From assembly GCA_965116025.1 (NCBI GenBank), contig OZ220480.1, positions 1,536,001 through 1,600,000 of the forward strand: a stretch of DNA of 64,000 nt, given 5' to 3'. Shown here one piece after another: positions 1 to 9,941 of the stretch. This DNA comes from an uncultured candidatus Porisulfidus sp. Lineage in GTDB: Bacteria > Pseudomonadota > Gammaproteobacteria > Poriferisulfidales > Poriferisulfidaceae. A program made the position numbers and the translations under genes. Within the stretch, counting starts at the first letter, position 1, and each line of letters begins with the position of its first letter. The notes beneath the pieces were generated by a model, which saw only the letters and a list, made by a program, of their open reading frames with translations, was not told the origin of the DNA and made no database searches.

Positions 1-826
<826 letters not shown>

Positions 827-880
827 CGCTACTTCAGACCTTCCGCCTTGATCAGACATCGTGAATCATCCATCTTTTTT

Positions 881-998
881 CGCCTGGTGACCATAGAGAA
901 CTGGAACCACCCGATCCATTCCGAACTCGGCCGTGAAACGGTTCATCGCCGATGATAGTGTGGGGCTTCCCCATGTGAAAGTAGGACATCGCCAGGCA
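881..998 (+). rRNA. rrf: 5S rRNA
   Basis: GCCTGG...CCAGGC closing helix, conserved CCGAACTCGG and GTGAAA; ~118 nt, just after 23S. Confidence 0.97.
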
Positions 999-1007
999 CT
1001 TTCCATC

Positions 1008-1034
1008 CGGCCCCGCCCCGTGCGGGGCCGTTTT
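1008..1034 (+). terminator. Rho-independent terminator of the rRNA operon
   Basis: CGGCCCCGC-cccgt-GCGGGGCCG 9-bp stem followed by TTTT. Confidence 0.85.
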
Positions 1035-1072
1035 GGTTTAAGCGCGCGCGATGTAGGACAATACGAACTCCG

Positions 1073-1900
1073 ATGTTTTCGGAGAGACTGACGCGAATGG
1101 CCATGCGACCGAACTCCCGGGCATCCGTGCCTATGCCTTTTCCATTGGACGCTGAGCGGATCGTCGAGATCCTTTCCAAAGACGCTCGCGCTCGATTTGG
1201 CGCGGTCGAGGTGGTGGACGAGGTCGCCTCCACCAATGATATCTTGCTCGACGGCGTGGAAGATCGCGACCGGGCACTAGTCGCTCGGCTCCAGACCGAG
1301 GGGCGCGGTCGTCAAGGTCGGCGCTGGGTGACTCCAGACGGAGCCTTGACGTTTTCCGTGTCGCATGCCTTTCCGGCGGTCATCCCGCCAGCATTGACGC
1401 TGTGGGTGGGCATAGCTCTGGTCGAGCGCTTGCGCGAGATGGATTTGGGGTGGCCTTGCTTGATCTGGCCAAATGACCTAGCGTACGGCTTCCGGAAATT
1501 TGGCGGTATCCTGACCGAATGCCACGTTCGTCATGGACGATCCCGTTGCGCGGTCGGGGTTGGCGTCAATGTGGAAGCCGTGCCGGAAGTGGATCGGCCC
1601 GCGACCTCGATCATTCACGCATGCGGCTCGCGGCCATCGCCGAATCGGTTGGCGGCGAGCCTGATTGAGGCGGTTTCCGACTGTCTCGCTCGCTTGGACG
1701 CGGGCGCGCGGAGAAAAATCAGGGAACGCTTTGATCCGTACGATGGCCTCAAGGGGAACGAGGCGCGCGTGGTCGATGCGAACGGACAAGCGTATGCGGG
1801 GCGCGCGATGGGCGTGGATGACCACGGATTTCTTCGGATCCAGGGCAAGGACGGCGTTCGGTTGTTCAATAGCGCAGACGCGCGCTTGGATCGACGATGA
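1073..1900 (+). CDS. birA: Biotin--[acetyl-CoA-carboxylase] ligase without N-terminal HTH (start uncertain)
   Basis: STN, GRGRQGRRW, (I)WPND, KFGGIL, GVGVNV motifs; birA-coaX synteny after rRNA. Confidence 0.92.
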   Translation: MFSERLTRMAMRPNSRASVPMPFPLDAERIVEILSKDARARFGAVEVVDEVASTNDILLDGVEDRDRALVARLQTEGRGRQGRRWVTPDGALTFSVSHAFPAVIPPALTLWVGIALVERLREMDLGWPCLIWPNDLAYGFRKFGGILTECHVRHGRSRCAVGVGVNVEAVPEVDRPATSIIHACGSRPSPNRLAASLIEAVSDCLARLDAGARRKIRERFDPYDGLKGNEARVVDANGQAYAGRAMGVDDHGFLRIQGKDGVRLFNSADARLDRR

Positions 1901-2628
1901 GCCTGTTGCTTGACCTCGGTCACACCTGCGCCAAGCTTGGCGAGGAGAAAAATGGCCAGGTCCTTCGGTTGGCGACGATTCCGATCACCGACGCGCCCCG
2001 CTTGCGCGCGGCGTTGCGAGAGCGCCAGAGCCCGGACGAGGTTTTGCGCGCCGTGTCGACGATGCGAGGGAGCGAGGGCAACGCTTCGCGCGAAGGAGTC
2101 GAGCGGGCTTGGGGTCAGCCGGTGGCGTGGGCCAGTTCCGAAGCGGCGCGCGGAGATATCCGCTTGCGCTATGATCGCCCCGAGACGTTCGGGACGGATC
2201 GATTGCTGGCGCTTCGGGCCGCGCGGCGGCGGACTCGTTCGGCCCTCATCGTGGTGGATGCCGGATCCGCGGTCGTCGTGGATGGGTTGACCAAGGACGA
2301 TCAGCATTGCGGCGGTTGGATCGCGCCGGGCTATTCCCGACAGAAAAGCGCCTTGGCAATATTGCCCATCGCCAATCACGCTCCGCTGGTGGAGCCGCAT
2401 GGCTCTTTCCATCCCGGTACGAGCGAGGCCATTGAATCCGGGATTTGGGAGGCGCTTTCCGCGGGCGTTGACGCGATGTGCGCGCGCTTGCGCGAGGACA
2501 CGCTGGGAGAATCCGCCATGGTCATGCTGACCGGTGGCGACGCTGATAATCTTCAGCTCTGGTGCAGGACTTCAATGGTCGCCGCGCCGGACCTGGTGCT
2601 GGAGGGCTTGGCGTTCTGCTCAGGTTGA
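1897..2628 (+). CDS. coaX: Type III pantothenate kinase
   Basis: LLLDLGHT, GTDR, VVDAGSA, GGWIAPG, TGGDA, DLVLEGL motifs; ATGA overlap with birA. Confidence 0.92.
   Translation: MSLLLDLGHTCAKLGEEKNGQVLRLATIPITDAPRLRAALRERQSPDEVLRAVSTMRGSEGNASREGVERAWGQPVAWASSEAARGDIRLRYDRPETFGTDRLLALRAARRRTRSALIVVDAGSAVVVDGLTKDDQHCGGWIAPGYSRQKSALAILPIANHAPLVEPHGSFHPGTSEAIESGIWEALSAGVDAMCARLREDTLGESAMVMLTGGDADNLQLWCRTSMVAAPDLVLEGLAFCSG
2306..2621 (+). repeat. 316-bp direct repeat, copy 1 (coaX 3' end)
   Basis: Matches 4381-4696 with 5 substitutions by manual alignment. Confidence 0.95.
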
Positions 2629-2746
2629 GTTTCCAGTTTTAAAGAAACGCGAGCGGGTTGTTGGTAACGCGTTTGTTCCATATCCGCGCGTGGGATATCC
2701 CGGCGTGATTTCAGAAAGAGCTTGGGGTTTCGTGGGGTTTGCGATG

Positions 2747-2797
2747 ATGTGATATATTGTTGAATAGTTTATTCTATTAACCTACTTTTAATCACAT
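2747..2797 (+). promoter_or_regulatory. AT-rich promoter with imperfect inverted repeat, candidate AbiEi operator
   Basis: ATGTGAT...AATAG and CTATT...ATCACAT arms immediately upstream of abiEi. Confidence 0.55.
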
Positions 2798-2809
2798 GGC
2801 GTGGCACTC

Positions 2810-3421
2810 ATGAAAACGCAGAAGGATCGAGTGATCGCTCTTCTCAAGGCCCATGGACCCATGCGTGGCATTGAGCTTAGCGATGCCGGGATCCACCCGG
2901 AAACGCTCGCACGCATGCTCAGGGACCAAACGCTCTTCCGCGCCACTCGCGGGCTCTACCAACTCGCCGATGCGGAGATTACGGCATCGCATGATCTCGC
3001 CGAGGTCGCGAAACTCGCACCCAAAGGGGTTATCTGCCTAATTTCCGCTCTTCAGTTCCACGATCTCACGCTTCAGGTGCCGGGCCGGGTCTGGCTCGCT
3101 ATTGACCAAAAGGCGCGAAAGCCCAAATTCGAATATCCTCCGACCCGAATCGTGCGATTCGGACCAAGGGCTCTCTTCCTCGGCGTGCGAGCCTATAACG
3201 TCGACGGCGTGCACGTGCCCATTTTCGACCCGGCCAAGGCGGTTGTGGATTGCTTCCGGTTTCGGCGGTATGTCGGTCTTGATGTCGCGATTGAAGGGCT
3301 CCATAACGCTATTAGATCTGGAAAGGCCAAACCGGCGCGGATCGTCAGTTATGCTCGTGATACGCGCATCTGGTCCGTCCTAAGGCCCTATCTGGAAACG
3401 GTGATTGCTAATGTCGCGTGA
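2810..3421 (+). CDS. abiEi: Type IV toxin-antitoxin AbiEi-family antitoxin
   Basis: N-terminal wHTH with RGLY, then GVICLISALQFHDLT and KAVVDCFRFR; upstream of an AbiEii gene. Confidence 0.9.
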   Translation: MKTQKDRVIALLKAHGPMRGIELSDAGIHPETLARMLRDQTLFRATRGLYQLADAEITASHDLAEVAKLAPKGVICLISALQFHDLTLQVPGRVWLAIDQKARKPKFEYPPTRIVRFGPRALFLGVRAYNVDGVHVPIFDPAKAVVDCFRFRRYVGLDVAIEGLHNAIRSGKAKPARIVSYARDTRIWSVLRPYLETVIANVA

Positions 3422-4337
3422 TGGGCCGAGAAATATCGCCGCTTCGGTGCGCGCGCGGCTACGCGACTTAGCCAGGGAACGCCAGACGAACTTCCAGCGC
3501 ATGCTCGTCCGATACGCTCTTGAACGTTTTCTCTTTCGGCTGAGCGCATCTCCTCATAGGGATCTTTTTGTTCTCAAGGGAGCCATGCTTTACGTCGCAT
3601 GGTTCACGGACCCGTTTCGAACGACTCTAGACCTTGATTTTCTGTCTTTCGCTGATCGCGAGGTGGATCCTCTTCTCGACGTGGTTCGCGATATTTGCAC
3701 TCAGCCAGTCGTGGACGATGGGTTGCGCTTCGACACCGATAATATCCACGCGGATTCGTCCGGCGAGGGTCGCGCGCATGGTGCCATTCGAGTCCGCGCC
3801 GTGGCCCAGCTTGGTTCCGCAGTTATCCCCGTTCACATTGATCTCGGTTTCGGTGACGCTGTGAAACCCGGCCCTTTGGAGATAGAGTTTCCCACGCTTC
3901 TTGACCATCCGGCTCCCGCCCTCCAAGCGTATCCACGAGAGACTGTGGCTGCTGAGAAGTTTCAAGCCATCGTTGCGCTCGACCTTGCGAATAGCCGTAT
4001 GAAGGACTTCTATGACTTGCTCGCGATGTCGCGGCTCTTTATGTTCGAAGGCGTAACCCTTGCCACCGCCATAGGCGCCACATTCGATAAGCGCGCCACG
4101 CTCATTCCAAACGAGCGGCCTCCGCCACTGACGCGAGCCTTTTCCGATGATCCTCAAAAAATTCGCCAGTGGAGGTCGTTTCTCGCTCGAGACCCGCTAC
4201 TGGTTGACGAGCCTGATCTAGGCATGGTCATTGGAGAAGTCGGAGATTTCATCATGCCCGCGGCCCTCGCGGCTATTGATGGCTGTCGCATGCCGGAACG
4301 CTGGGTATACGGCGACGGGTGGAGGTTGGTTGAATGA
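3411..4337 (+). CDS. abiEii: AbiEii/AbiGii-family nucleotidyltransferase toxin
   Basis: FVLKGAML, RTTLDLDF, AEKFQA, SRMKDFYD motifs; overlaps the abiEi stop. Confidence 0.92.
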   Translation: MSRDGPRNIAASVRARLRDLARERQTNFQRMLVRYALERFLFRLSASPHRDLFVLKGAMLYVAWFTDPFRTTLDLDFLSFADREVDPLLDVVRDICTQPVVDDGLRFDTDNIHADSSGEGRAHGAIRVRAVAQLGSAVIPVHIDLGFGDAVKPGPLEIEFPTLLDHPAPALQAYPRETVAAEKFQAIVALDLANSRMKDFYDLLAMSRLFMFEGVTLATAIGATFDKRATLIPNERPPPLTRAFSDDPQKIRQWRSFLARDPLLVDEPDLGMVIGEVGDFIMPAALAAIDGCRMPERWVYGDGWRLVE

Positions 4338-4715
4338 TCGCCCCGAGGGAGAGTCGCCTTGTGCCAGAAGAATTTCTGGTATTGCGGCGGTTGGATCGCG
4401 CCAGGCTATTCCCGACAGAAAAGCGCCTTGGCAATATTGCCCATCGCCAATCACGCTCCGCTGGTGGAGCCGCATGGCTCTTTCCATCCCGATACGAGCG
4501 AGGCCATTGAATCCGGGATTTGGGAGGCGCTTTCCGCGGGCGTTGACGCGATGTGCGCGCGCTTGCGCGAGGACACGCTGGGAGAATCCGCCATGGTCAT
4601 GCTGACCGGTGGCGACGCTGATAATCTTCAGCTCTGGTGCAGGATCTCAATGGTCGCCGCGCCGGACCTGGTGCTGGAGGGCTTGCCGTTCTGCTCGTGT
4701 TCATGTCCCGCATAG
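4334..4715 (+). pseudogene. coaX: Duplicated, 5'-truncated coaX fragment (repeat copy 2 at 4381-4696, plus 14-bp block at 4334-4347)
   Basis: Near-identical to the coaX 3' end; ATGATCGCCCCGAG at 4334-4347 equals coaX 2171-2184. Confidence 0.9.
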
Positions 4716-4826
4716 GCGGAGTGGAGAGCCTGGAGCGTAGTATAAGGAGCACGGTGGCTTGTCCACTTGGCGAGGAGGCGTAGCGCCGTTCTGAGGTCGG
4801 AGCGGCAGAGTTGCAGGATCGGCCAT

Positions 4827-4835
4827 TGTTATAAT
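4827..4835 (+). promoter_or_regulatory. Perfect extended -10 element
   Basis: TGtTATAAT upstream of a lower-GC cassette. Confidence 0.55.
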
Positions 4836-4868
4836 GAAACCTCATCCGCAGATGCTTACGTTCACCTA

Positions 4869-5130
4869 TCAGTTTTTGTCATAATTTTGGATCGGCCAAG
4901 CGACGAAGTTTCGAGTAAGCTTGAAATATGAGCGTGGGAATGTCTGTCATCTGGAGTGATACCGTCGCGCTGATCTCTCCAGATGCTTCAACGACCTTAC
5001 GACTCAAGTCGCGGAATCTGCCCGGATAGATTTAAAAAAAGAAGTGTCTGGGCTGGTTGTCGAAGCTGCCAATTATCACCGTTGGCATCAGCAGTCCTTA
5101 TGGGAATGGTTGCGAAAGGCGGATGGATAG
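4869..5130 (+). pseudogene. Probable frameshifted small protein (~85-90 aa, alpha/beta pattern)
   Basis: Protein-like segments in shifting frames (SVFVIILDRPSDEVSSKLE / WSDTVALISPD / TTQVAESARIDLKKEVSGLVVEAANYHRWHQQSLWEWLRKADG*); stop overlaps the next ATG. Confidence 0.4.
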
Positions 5131-5374
5131 CGGACGCGGTAATAATGTCGTCCACATGCGACCACCGAATACGGCCAGCGGTGGTGGCCTTGATGGTGAC
5201 GGCGACAGGTTGAGGACGGTTGAAGACCGTCTGGCTCGAATTGAGACGGAAATGCGCCACTTGGCGACAAAAGCGGGTTTGGAAGCGAGTTATTCCTCCA
5301 TGCGCAAGTGGGTCATAGGCCTATTCATAAGCACGTTGATCGCGGTTTTCGCCGCGGTTTTCGCGTTGCTATGA
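5123..5374 (+). CDS. Small coiled-coil protein with C-terminal transmembrane helix (XhlA/DUF1640-like)
   Basis: EDRLARIETEMRHLATKAGL coiled coil, then KWVIGLFISTLIAVFAAVFALL; ATG 5123 lies within ORF 5057-5374. Confidence 0.65.
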   Translation: MDSGRGNNVVHMRPPNTASGGGLDGDGDRLRTVEDRLARIETEMRHLATKAGLEASYSSMRKWVIGLFISTLIAVFAAVFALL

Positions 5375-5551
5375 TTCATGAATCCATGATTGACCTGCAT
5401 GGGGTTTTCCAAAGATATTCCTGCATTTTCTTCCTCGAGAGCGCGCGTCAAGAATCAGAATGGTGTACAATGGCGCGCCGACGCACTTTCGATGGAAGGT
5501 GCGTTTTTTGATTGAACCGAACCAACTGAGCGACCAGCAGAGCTTCCCAGC

Positions 5552-6706
5552 ATGAGAATCGGGATTCCGAAAGAAATCCGCCCGGGCGAGAATCGGGTGG
5601 CCATTTCCCCTGACACGATCAAGAAACTGACCGGCATGGGGATGGAGGTCGTGGTGGAGGCCGGGTGCGGAGCCGGCTCTTGCGTGACCGACGAGCAGTA
5701 CCAGAAGGCGGGCGCCCGCGTCGCGCCAGATGCCACCGCCACACTTGGCGAGGCGGACTTGGTTTTCAAGATCCAGCGACCGATGACGGCCGAGGAGGGG
5801 ACGGACGAGATCGCCCTGATGAAGAAAGGCGCGATTCTTGTCGGCCATCTGGCGACCCTTTCCCAGCCCGATTCCGCGAAGAGCTACAACGAGCGCGGGC
5901 TCACGACCTTCGCCATGGACCTGATGCCGCGCATCAGCCGCGCGCAGTCCATGGACGTGCTGTCCTCGCAGAGCAATCTGGCGGGCTACAAGGCGGTCGT
6001 GGAGGCCGCCGCCGAGCACGTCAGCGCCTTCCCGATGATGATGACCGCGGCCGGCACGGTGGCGCCCGCCCGCGTGTTCGTGATGGGCGTTGGGGTGGCG
6101 GGCTTGCAGGCCATCGCCACCGCCAAGCGTTTGGGCGCGGTGGTCACCGCCTACGACGTGCGCCCGGCCACCCGCGAGCAAGTCGAGAGTCTGGGCGGGA
6201 AGTTTCTGATCGTGGACGAGGACGCGATGAAAGACGCCGAGACCGCCGGCGGGTACGCCAAGGAGATGACCGAGGAGTACAAGCGCAAAGAGCGCGAGGT
6301 CCTCGCCAATCACGTCAAGGACCAAGACATCGTTATCACCACCGCCCTCATCCCGGGCCGTCCGGCCCCGGTGCTGGTGACGCGCGCGATGGTCGAGTCG
6401 ATGAAGCCCGGTTCGGTGATCGTCGATCTGGCGGTCGAGACCGGAGGCAACTGCGAGTGCGCGGAGCGCGGCGTGGTGGCCGAGCACCAAGGCGTGCGAA
6501 TCATTGGTTACGACAATATGCCGGCGCGTCTGGCGCGCGACGCGAGCAACCTGTTCGCCAAGAACATTCTTAATTTTCTGACCCCGCATATTGACGCGGA
6601 GAACGGCGCTCTCAACTTGGATTGGGAAGACGAGACGCTCGCCGAGACCGTTCTGACGCGCGATGGAGAGGTCGTCAACGCCCGGATCAAGGAGCTGATG
6701 TCATGA
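5552..6706 (+). CDS. pntAA: NAD(P) transhydrogenase alpha subunit, part 1 (domain I)
   Basis: [39 protein letters not shown]. Confidence 0.96.
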   Translation: MRIGIPKEIRPGENRVAISPDTIKKLTGMGMEVVVEAGCGAGSCVTDEQYQKAGARVAPDATATLGEADLVFKIQRPMTAEEGTDEIALMKKGAILVGHLATLSQPDSAKSYNERGLTTFAMDLMPRISRAQSMDVLSSQSNLAGYKAVVEAAAEHVSAFPMMMTAAGTVAPARVFVMGVGVAGLQAIATAKRLGAVVTAYDVRPATREQVESLGGKFLIVDEDAMKDAETAGGYAKEMTEEYKRKEREVLANHVKDQDIVITTALIPGRPAPVLVTRAMVESMKPGSVIVDLAVETGGNCECAERGVVAEHQGVRIIGYDNMPARLARDASNLFAKNILNFLTPHIDAENGALNLDWEDETLAETVLTRDGEVVNARIKELMS

Positions 6707-7098
6707 TGATCGACGCGACTATCCTCGCCCAAGGCCTGACGCAGGTCTCCGACTTCGCGGGCGGCCTCGCGATGTCCACGGCCAGCGGCTCCGCTGCGGC
6801 GGGAGGGACCCCGTTTTTGAATCTGTTCACCGTTTTCGTGCTGGCCTGCTTCGTCGGCTTCTACGTGGTGTGGAGCGTGACGCCCGCGTTGCACTCTCCA
6901 TTGCTCGCGGTGACCAACGCCATTTCCTCGGTCATCATCGTCGGCGGCTTATTGGCCGCGGGCCCGGCGGCCGGGCTGGCGGACATGGACTTCTCCAGTC
7001 TGATGGGCTTTCTCGCCGTCACGCTGGCTTCGGTCAACATCTTCGGCGGGTTCTTGGTGACCCAGCGAATGCTGGCCATGTTCAAGAAAAAGAAATAA
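6703..7098 (+). CDS. pntAB: NAD(P) transhydrogenase alpha subunit, part 2 (membrane)
   Basis: [31 protein letters not shown]; ATGA overlap. Confidence 0.94.
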   Translation: MMIDATILAQGLTQVSDFAGGLAMSTASGSAAAGGTPFLNLFTVFVLACFVGFYVVWSVTPALHSPLLAVTNAISSVIIVGGLLAAGPAAGLADMDFSSLMGFLAVTLASVNIFGGFLVTQRMLAMFKKKK

Positions 7099-7116
7099 GC
7101 GGACGAGGACAGAGAC

Positions 7117-8508
7117 ATGAGCGCAAGCTGGACCGGATTCGCCTACCTCGTCGCCGCCGTGTGCTTCATCATGGCGTTGCGCGGACTATCGTCCCCGACC
7201 TCGGCGCGTCAGGGCAACGTGATGGGCATCATCGGCATGGTCATCGCCGTGGTCACCACGCTGCTGGACCCGGACGTGATCAGTTACGAGATCATTCTCG
7301 CTGGCATTCTCGTCGGTGGCGCGATCGGAACGCTGGTGGCGTTCCGCATCAACATGACGGCGCTCCCGCAGCTGGTGGCCGCCTTCCATTCGCTGGTCGG
7401 CATGGCCGCGGTGCTGGTGGCGATCGCCGCGTTCTACCACCCAGAAGCCTACGGCATCGGAACGTTCGGGAACATCGGAGCGGCCTCGCTCATCGAGATG
7501 AGCATTGGCGCGGCCGTCGGTGCCATCACCTTCTCCGGCTCCGTGGTGGCCTTCGCCAAGTTGCAGGGTTTGGTCAGCGGCAACCCGGTCGTGTTCCCTC
7601 TGCAGCATCCGCTCAACGCCGCCATCGGCATCGCCATCGTCGGCCTGATCGTCGCGCTGGTTCTAGCGCAGGACCCGACCTCGTTCTGGGCGATCGTGAT
7701 CCTGGCCTTCCTGATCGGCTTCCTGATCATCATCCCGATCGGCGGGGCGGATATGCCGGTCGTGGTTTCCATGCTGAATTCCTATTCCGGATGGGCTGCC
7801 TGCGGTATCGGCTTCACGTTAAGCAACATGGCGCTGATCATCACTGGAGCGCTGGTCGGATCGTCCGGCGCGATCCTGAGCTACATCATGTGCAAAGGCA
7901 TGAATCGATCCATCTTCAACGTTCTGCTGGGCGGCTTCGGGGGCGAGACGGTCGCCGCGGCGCAACAGGGCGGCGGCAGTCGTTCGGTCAAGCAGGGCAG
8001 CGCGGATGACGCCGCCTTCATCATGAGTAATGCCAACAAGGTGATCGTGGTTCCGGGCTATGGCATGGCGGTGGCTCAGGCGCAGCACGCGCTACGCGAG
8101 ATGGCTGACCTGCTCAAAGAGAAAGGCGTCGACGTCAAGTACGCGATTCATCCGGTCGCCGGGCGCATGCCTGGACATATGAACGTGCTTCTGGCGGAGG
8201 CCTCGGTCCCGTATGATGAGGTGTTCGAGCTCGAGGAGATCAACCACGAATTCTCCACCGCCGACGTGGCGTTCGTGATTGGAGCGAATGACGTCACCAA
8301 CCCGCTGGCGAAGACGGATCCTTCCAGCCCAATCTATGGCATGCCGATTCTGGACGTCGAGAAGGCGGGCACGACGCTGTTCCTGAAGCGCTCTCTCGGT
8401 TCCGGCTACGCGGGCGTGGACAATGAGCTGTTCTTCCGCGACAAGACCATGATGCTGTTCGGCGATGCCAAGAAGATGACCGAGGAAATCGTTCAGGCTC
8501 TTAACTAG
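7117..8508 (+). CDS. pntB: NAD(P) transhydrogenase beta subunit
   Basis: IGGADMPVVVSMLNSYSG, HPVAGRMPGHMNVLLAEA, GANDVTNP. Confidence 0.97.
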   Translation: MSASWTGFAYLVAAVCFIMALRGLSSPTSARQGNVMGIIGMVIAVVTTLLDPDVISYEIILAGILVGGAIGTLVAFRINMTALPQLVAAFHSLVGMAAVLVAIAAFYHPEAYGIGTFGNIGAASLIEMSIGAAVGAITFSGSVVAFAKLQGLVSGNPVVFPLQHPLNAAIGIAIVGLIVALVLAQDPTSFWAIVILAFLIGFLIIIPIGGADMPVVVSMLNSYSGWAACGIGFTLSNMALIITGALVGSSGAILSYIMCKGMNRSIFNVLLGGFGGETVAAAQQGGGSRSVKQGSADDAAFIMSNANKVIVVPGYGMAVAQAQHALREMADLLKEKGVDVKYAIHPVAGRMPGHMNVLLAEASVPYDEVFELEEINHEFSTADVAFVIGANDVTNPLAKTDPSSPIYGMPILDVEKAGTTLFLKRSLGSGYAGVDNELFFRDKTMMLFGDAKKMTEEIVQALN

Positions 8509-9186
8509 TTGGGCTTGCTAGTAGATATCCTCGGCCTGTTGCGCCGACAGCAAGACTCCACTCCGTTGCGCCATGGCCGCTTCGGCTGGTGGCCCGCGCG
8601 TAGCGCGTTCGAGGTGATGGTCGGCGCGGTGCTCACGCAAAACACCGCTTGGGTCAACGTCGAGAAATCCATCGCCCGCTTGCGCGAGGCGCGCCGTCTT
8701 GACGCCGAGGCGATTCTGGACCTGTCGCCCTCTCGTCTAGCTGAGCTGATCCGTTCATCTGGTTACTACAACGTCAAGCAGAAGCGCCTGCGCGCCTTGT
8801 GCCAGTGGTACCGGGAGCGCGGACCTTGGCGACGGTTGAGGCGGAGGGATACCGAGGATCTGCGCGCGGAGTTGCTGGCGGTGCATGGCGTCGGGCCGGA
8901 GACGGCGGACGACATTTTGCTGTACGCCCTCGGTCGCCCGGTATTCGTCGTGGATGCCTACACCCGGAGGATTCTCTCGCGCATGGGACTAGTGTCCGCT
9001 CGGATTGGCTACGAGGACCTTCGCCAGCTGTTTGAGCGCGAACTGCCCCGCGATGCCGATTTGTACAACGAGTACCACGCGCGCGTCGTTCTGCATGCCA
9101 AGCACGTCTGCTTGGCGCGTGCCCCGCGTTGCGATCAGTGCCGCTTGCGCTCCTGTTGCGTCTACGGTCAAGCTTCCAGAGCTTGA
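8509..9186 (+). CDS. Endonuclease III-related HhH-GPD DNA glycosylase with Fe-S motif
   Basis: GAVLTQNTAW, HhH LLAVHGVGPETAD, VVDAYTRRI, C-terminal CLARAPRCDQCRLRSCC. Confidence 0.88.
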   Translation: MGLLVDILGLLRRQQDSTPLRHGRFGWWPARSAFEVMVGAVLTQNTAWVNVEKSIARLREARRLDAEAILDLSPSRLAELIRSSGYYNVKQKRLRALCQWYRERGPWRRLRRRDTEDLRAELLAVHGVGPETADDILLYALGRPVFVVDAYTRRILSRMGLVSARIGYEDLRQLFERELPRDADLYNEYHARVVLHAKHVCLARAPRCDQCRLRSCCVYGQASRA

Positions 9187-9941
9187 CCGAGGCGGACGGC
9201 GCGCCCCGTGACCCCGCGGCTGTCGGGGCCCAGGAAATAGACGAAAGCCGGGGCGACCCGCTCCGCCGTCGCGCGCGCGCCGCCGGGCTCACCAGGATAG
9301 TTCTGCCTTCGCAGCCGCGTTTCCACAGGACCCGGATCAATGCCATTGATTCGGATCGGGCGGTCTCCGCCCAGTTCGCGCGACAGGATCTCGACTAGCC
9401 CCTCAAGCCCCGCCTTGGCCACGCCATAGGCGCCCCAATAGGCGCGCCGGGCTTGTCCGTCCAGCGCGAACGCGACCGCCGGGTCGTCCGCTTTTTCCAG
9501 CAATGGCAGGCATGCCTGGGTCAGCAACCAAGGAGCGAGCAGGTTGACTCGCAGCAACCGAGTCCAGTCGGCGGGCTGCGTCAGGCGCATCGGACGCAGG
9601 CCACCAACCAGCCCGGCGTTATTCAGCAAGCTGTCGAGGCGGCCGAATTCCTGGTCGATCCGCTCGGCCGTTCGCGCGTAATCGTCGACCGTCGCGCCGC
9701 CCAAGTCAAACGGAAGAATAACGGGCTCGGGTCCGCCGGCCTCGCGAATTCGGTCGTAGGTCTCTTCCAGCCTGGGTCGGTCGCGCGCCAGCAGGATCAC
9801 GGTGGCTCCAGCGCGGGCGCAGGCGTGGGCGCAAGCGCGCCCGATTCCAGAGCTAGCCCCGGTGATTAGCGTCACTCGGTCGGCGAGAGCCTTGGGAGAA
9901 GGCGCGTATTCGGCCTCGCCCCAAGCGGGCTCATCCGGCAT
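9168..9941 (-). CDS. YciK-like short-chain dehydrogenase/reductase
   Basis: TGASSGIG, NNAG, YWGAYGVAK (YxxxK); usual neighbour of ubiG-gph. Confidence 0.88.
   Translation of the reverse strand: MPDEPAWGEAEYAPSPKALADRVTLITGASSGIGRACAHACARAGATVILLARDRPRLEETYDRIREAGGPEPVILPFDLGGATVDDYARTAERIDQEFGRLDSLLNNAGLVGGLRPMRLTQPADWTRLLRVNLLAPWLLTQACLPLLEKADDPAVAFALDGQARRAYWGAYGVAKAGLEGLVEILSRELGGDRPIRINGIDPGPVETRLRRQNYPGEPGGARATAERVAPAFVYFLGPDSRGVTGRAVRLGQALEA

Noticed and set aside
5342-5384. Tandem GCGGTTTTCGC repeat and the palindrome GATTCATGAATC
   Set aside because: The first simply encodes AVFAAVFA; the 12-bp palindrome has no supporting context
2629-5551. Expected tRNA cluster after coaX
   Set aside because: No cloverleaf or T-loop/CCA pattern could be recognised
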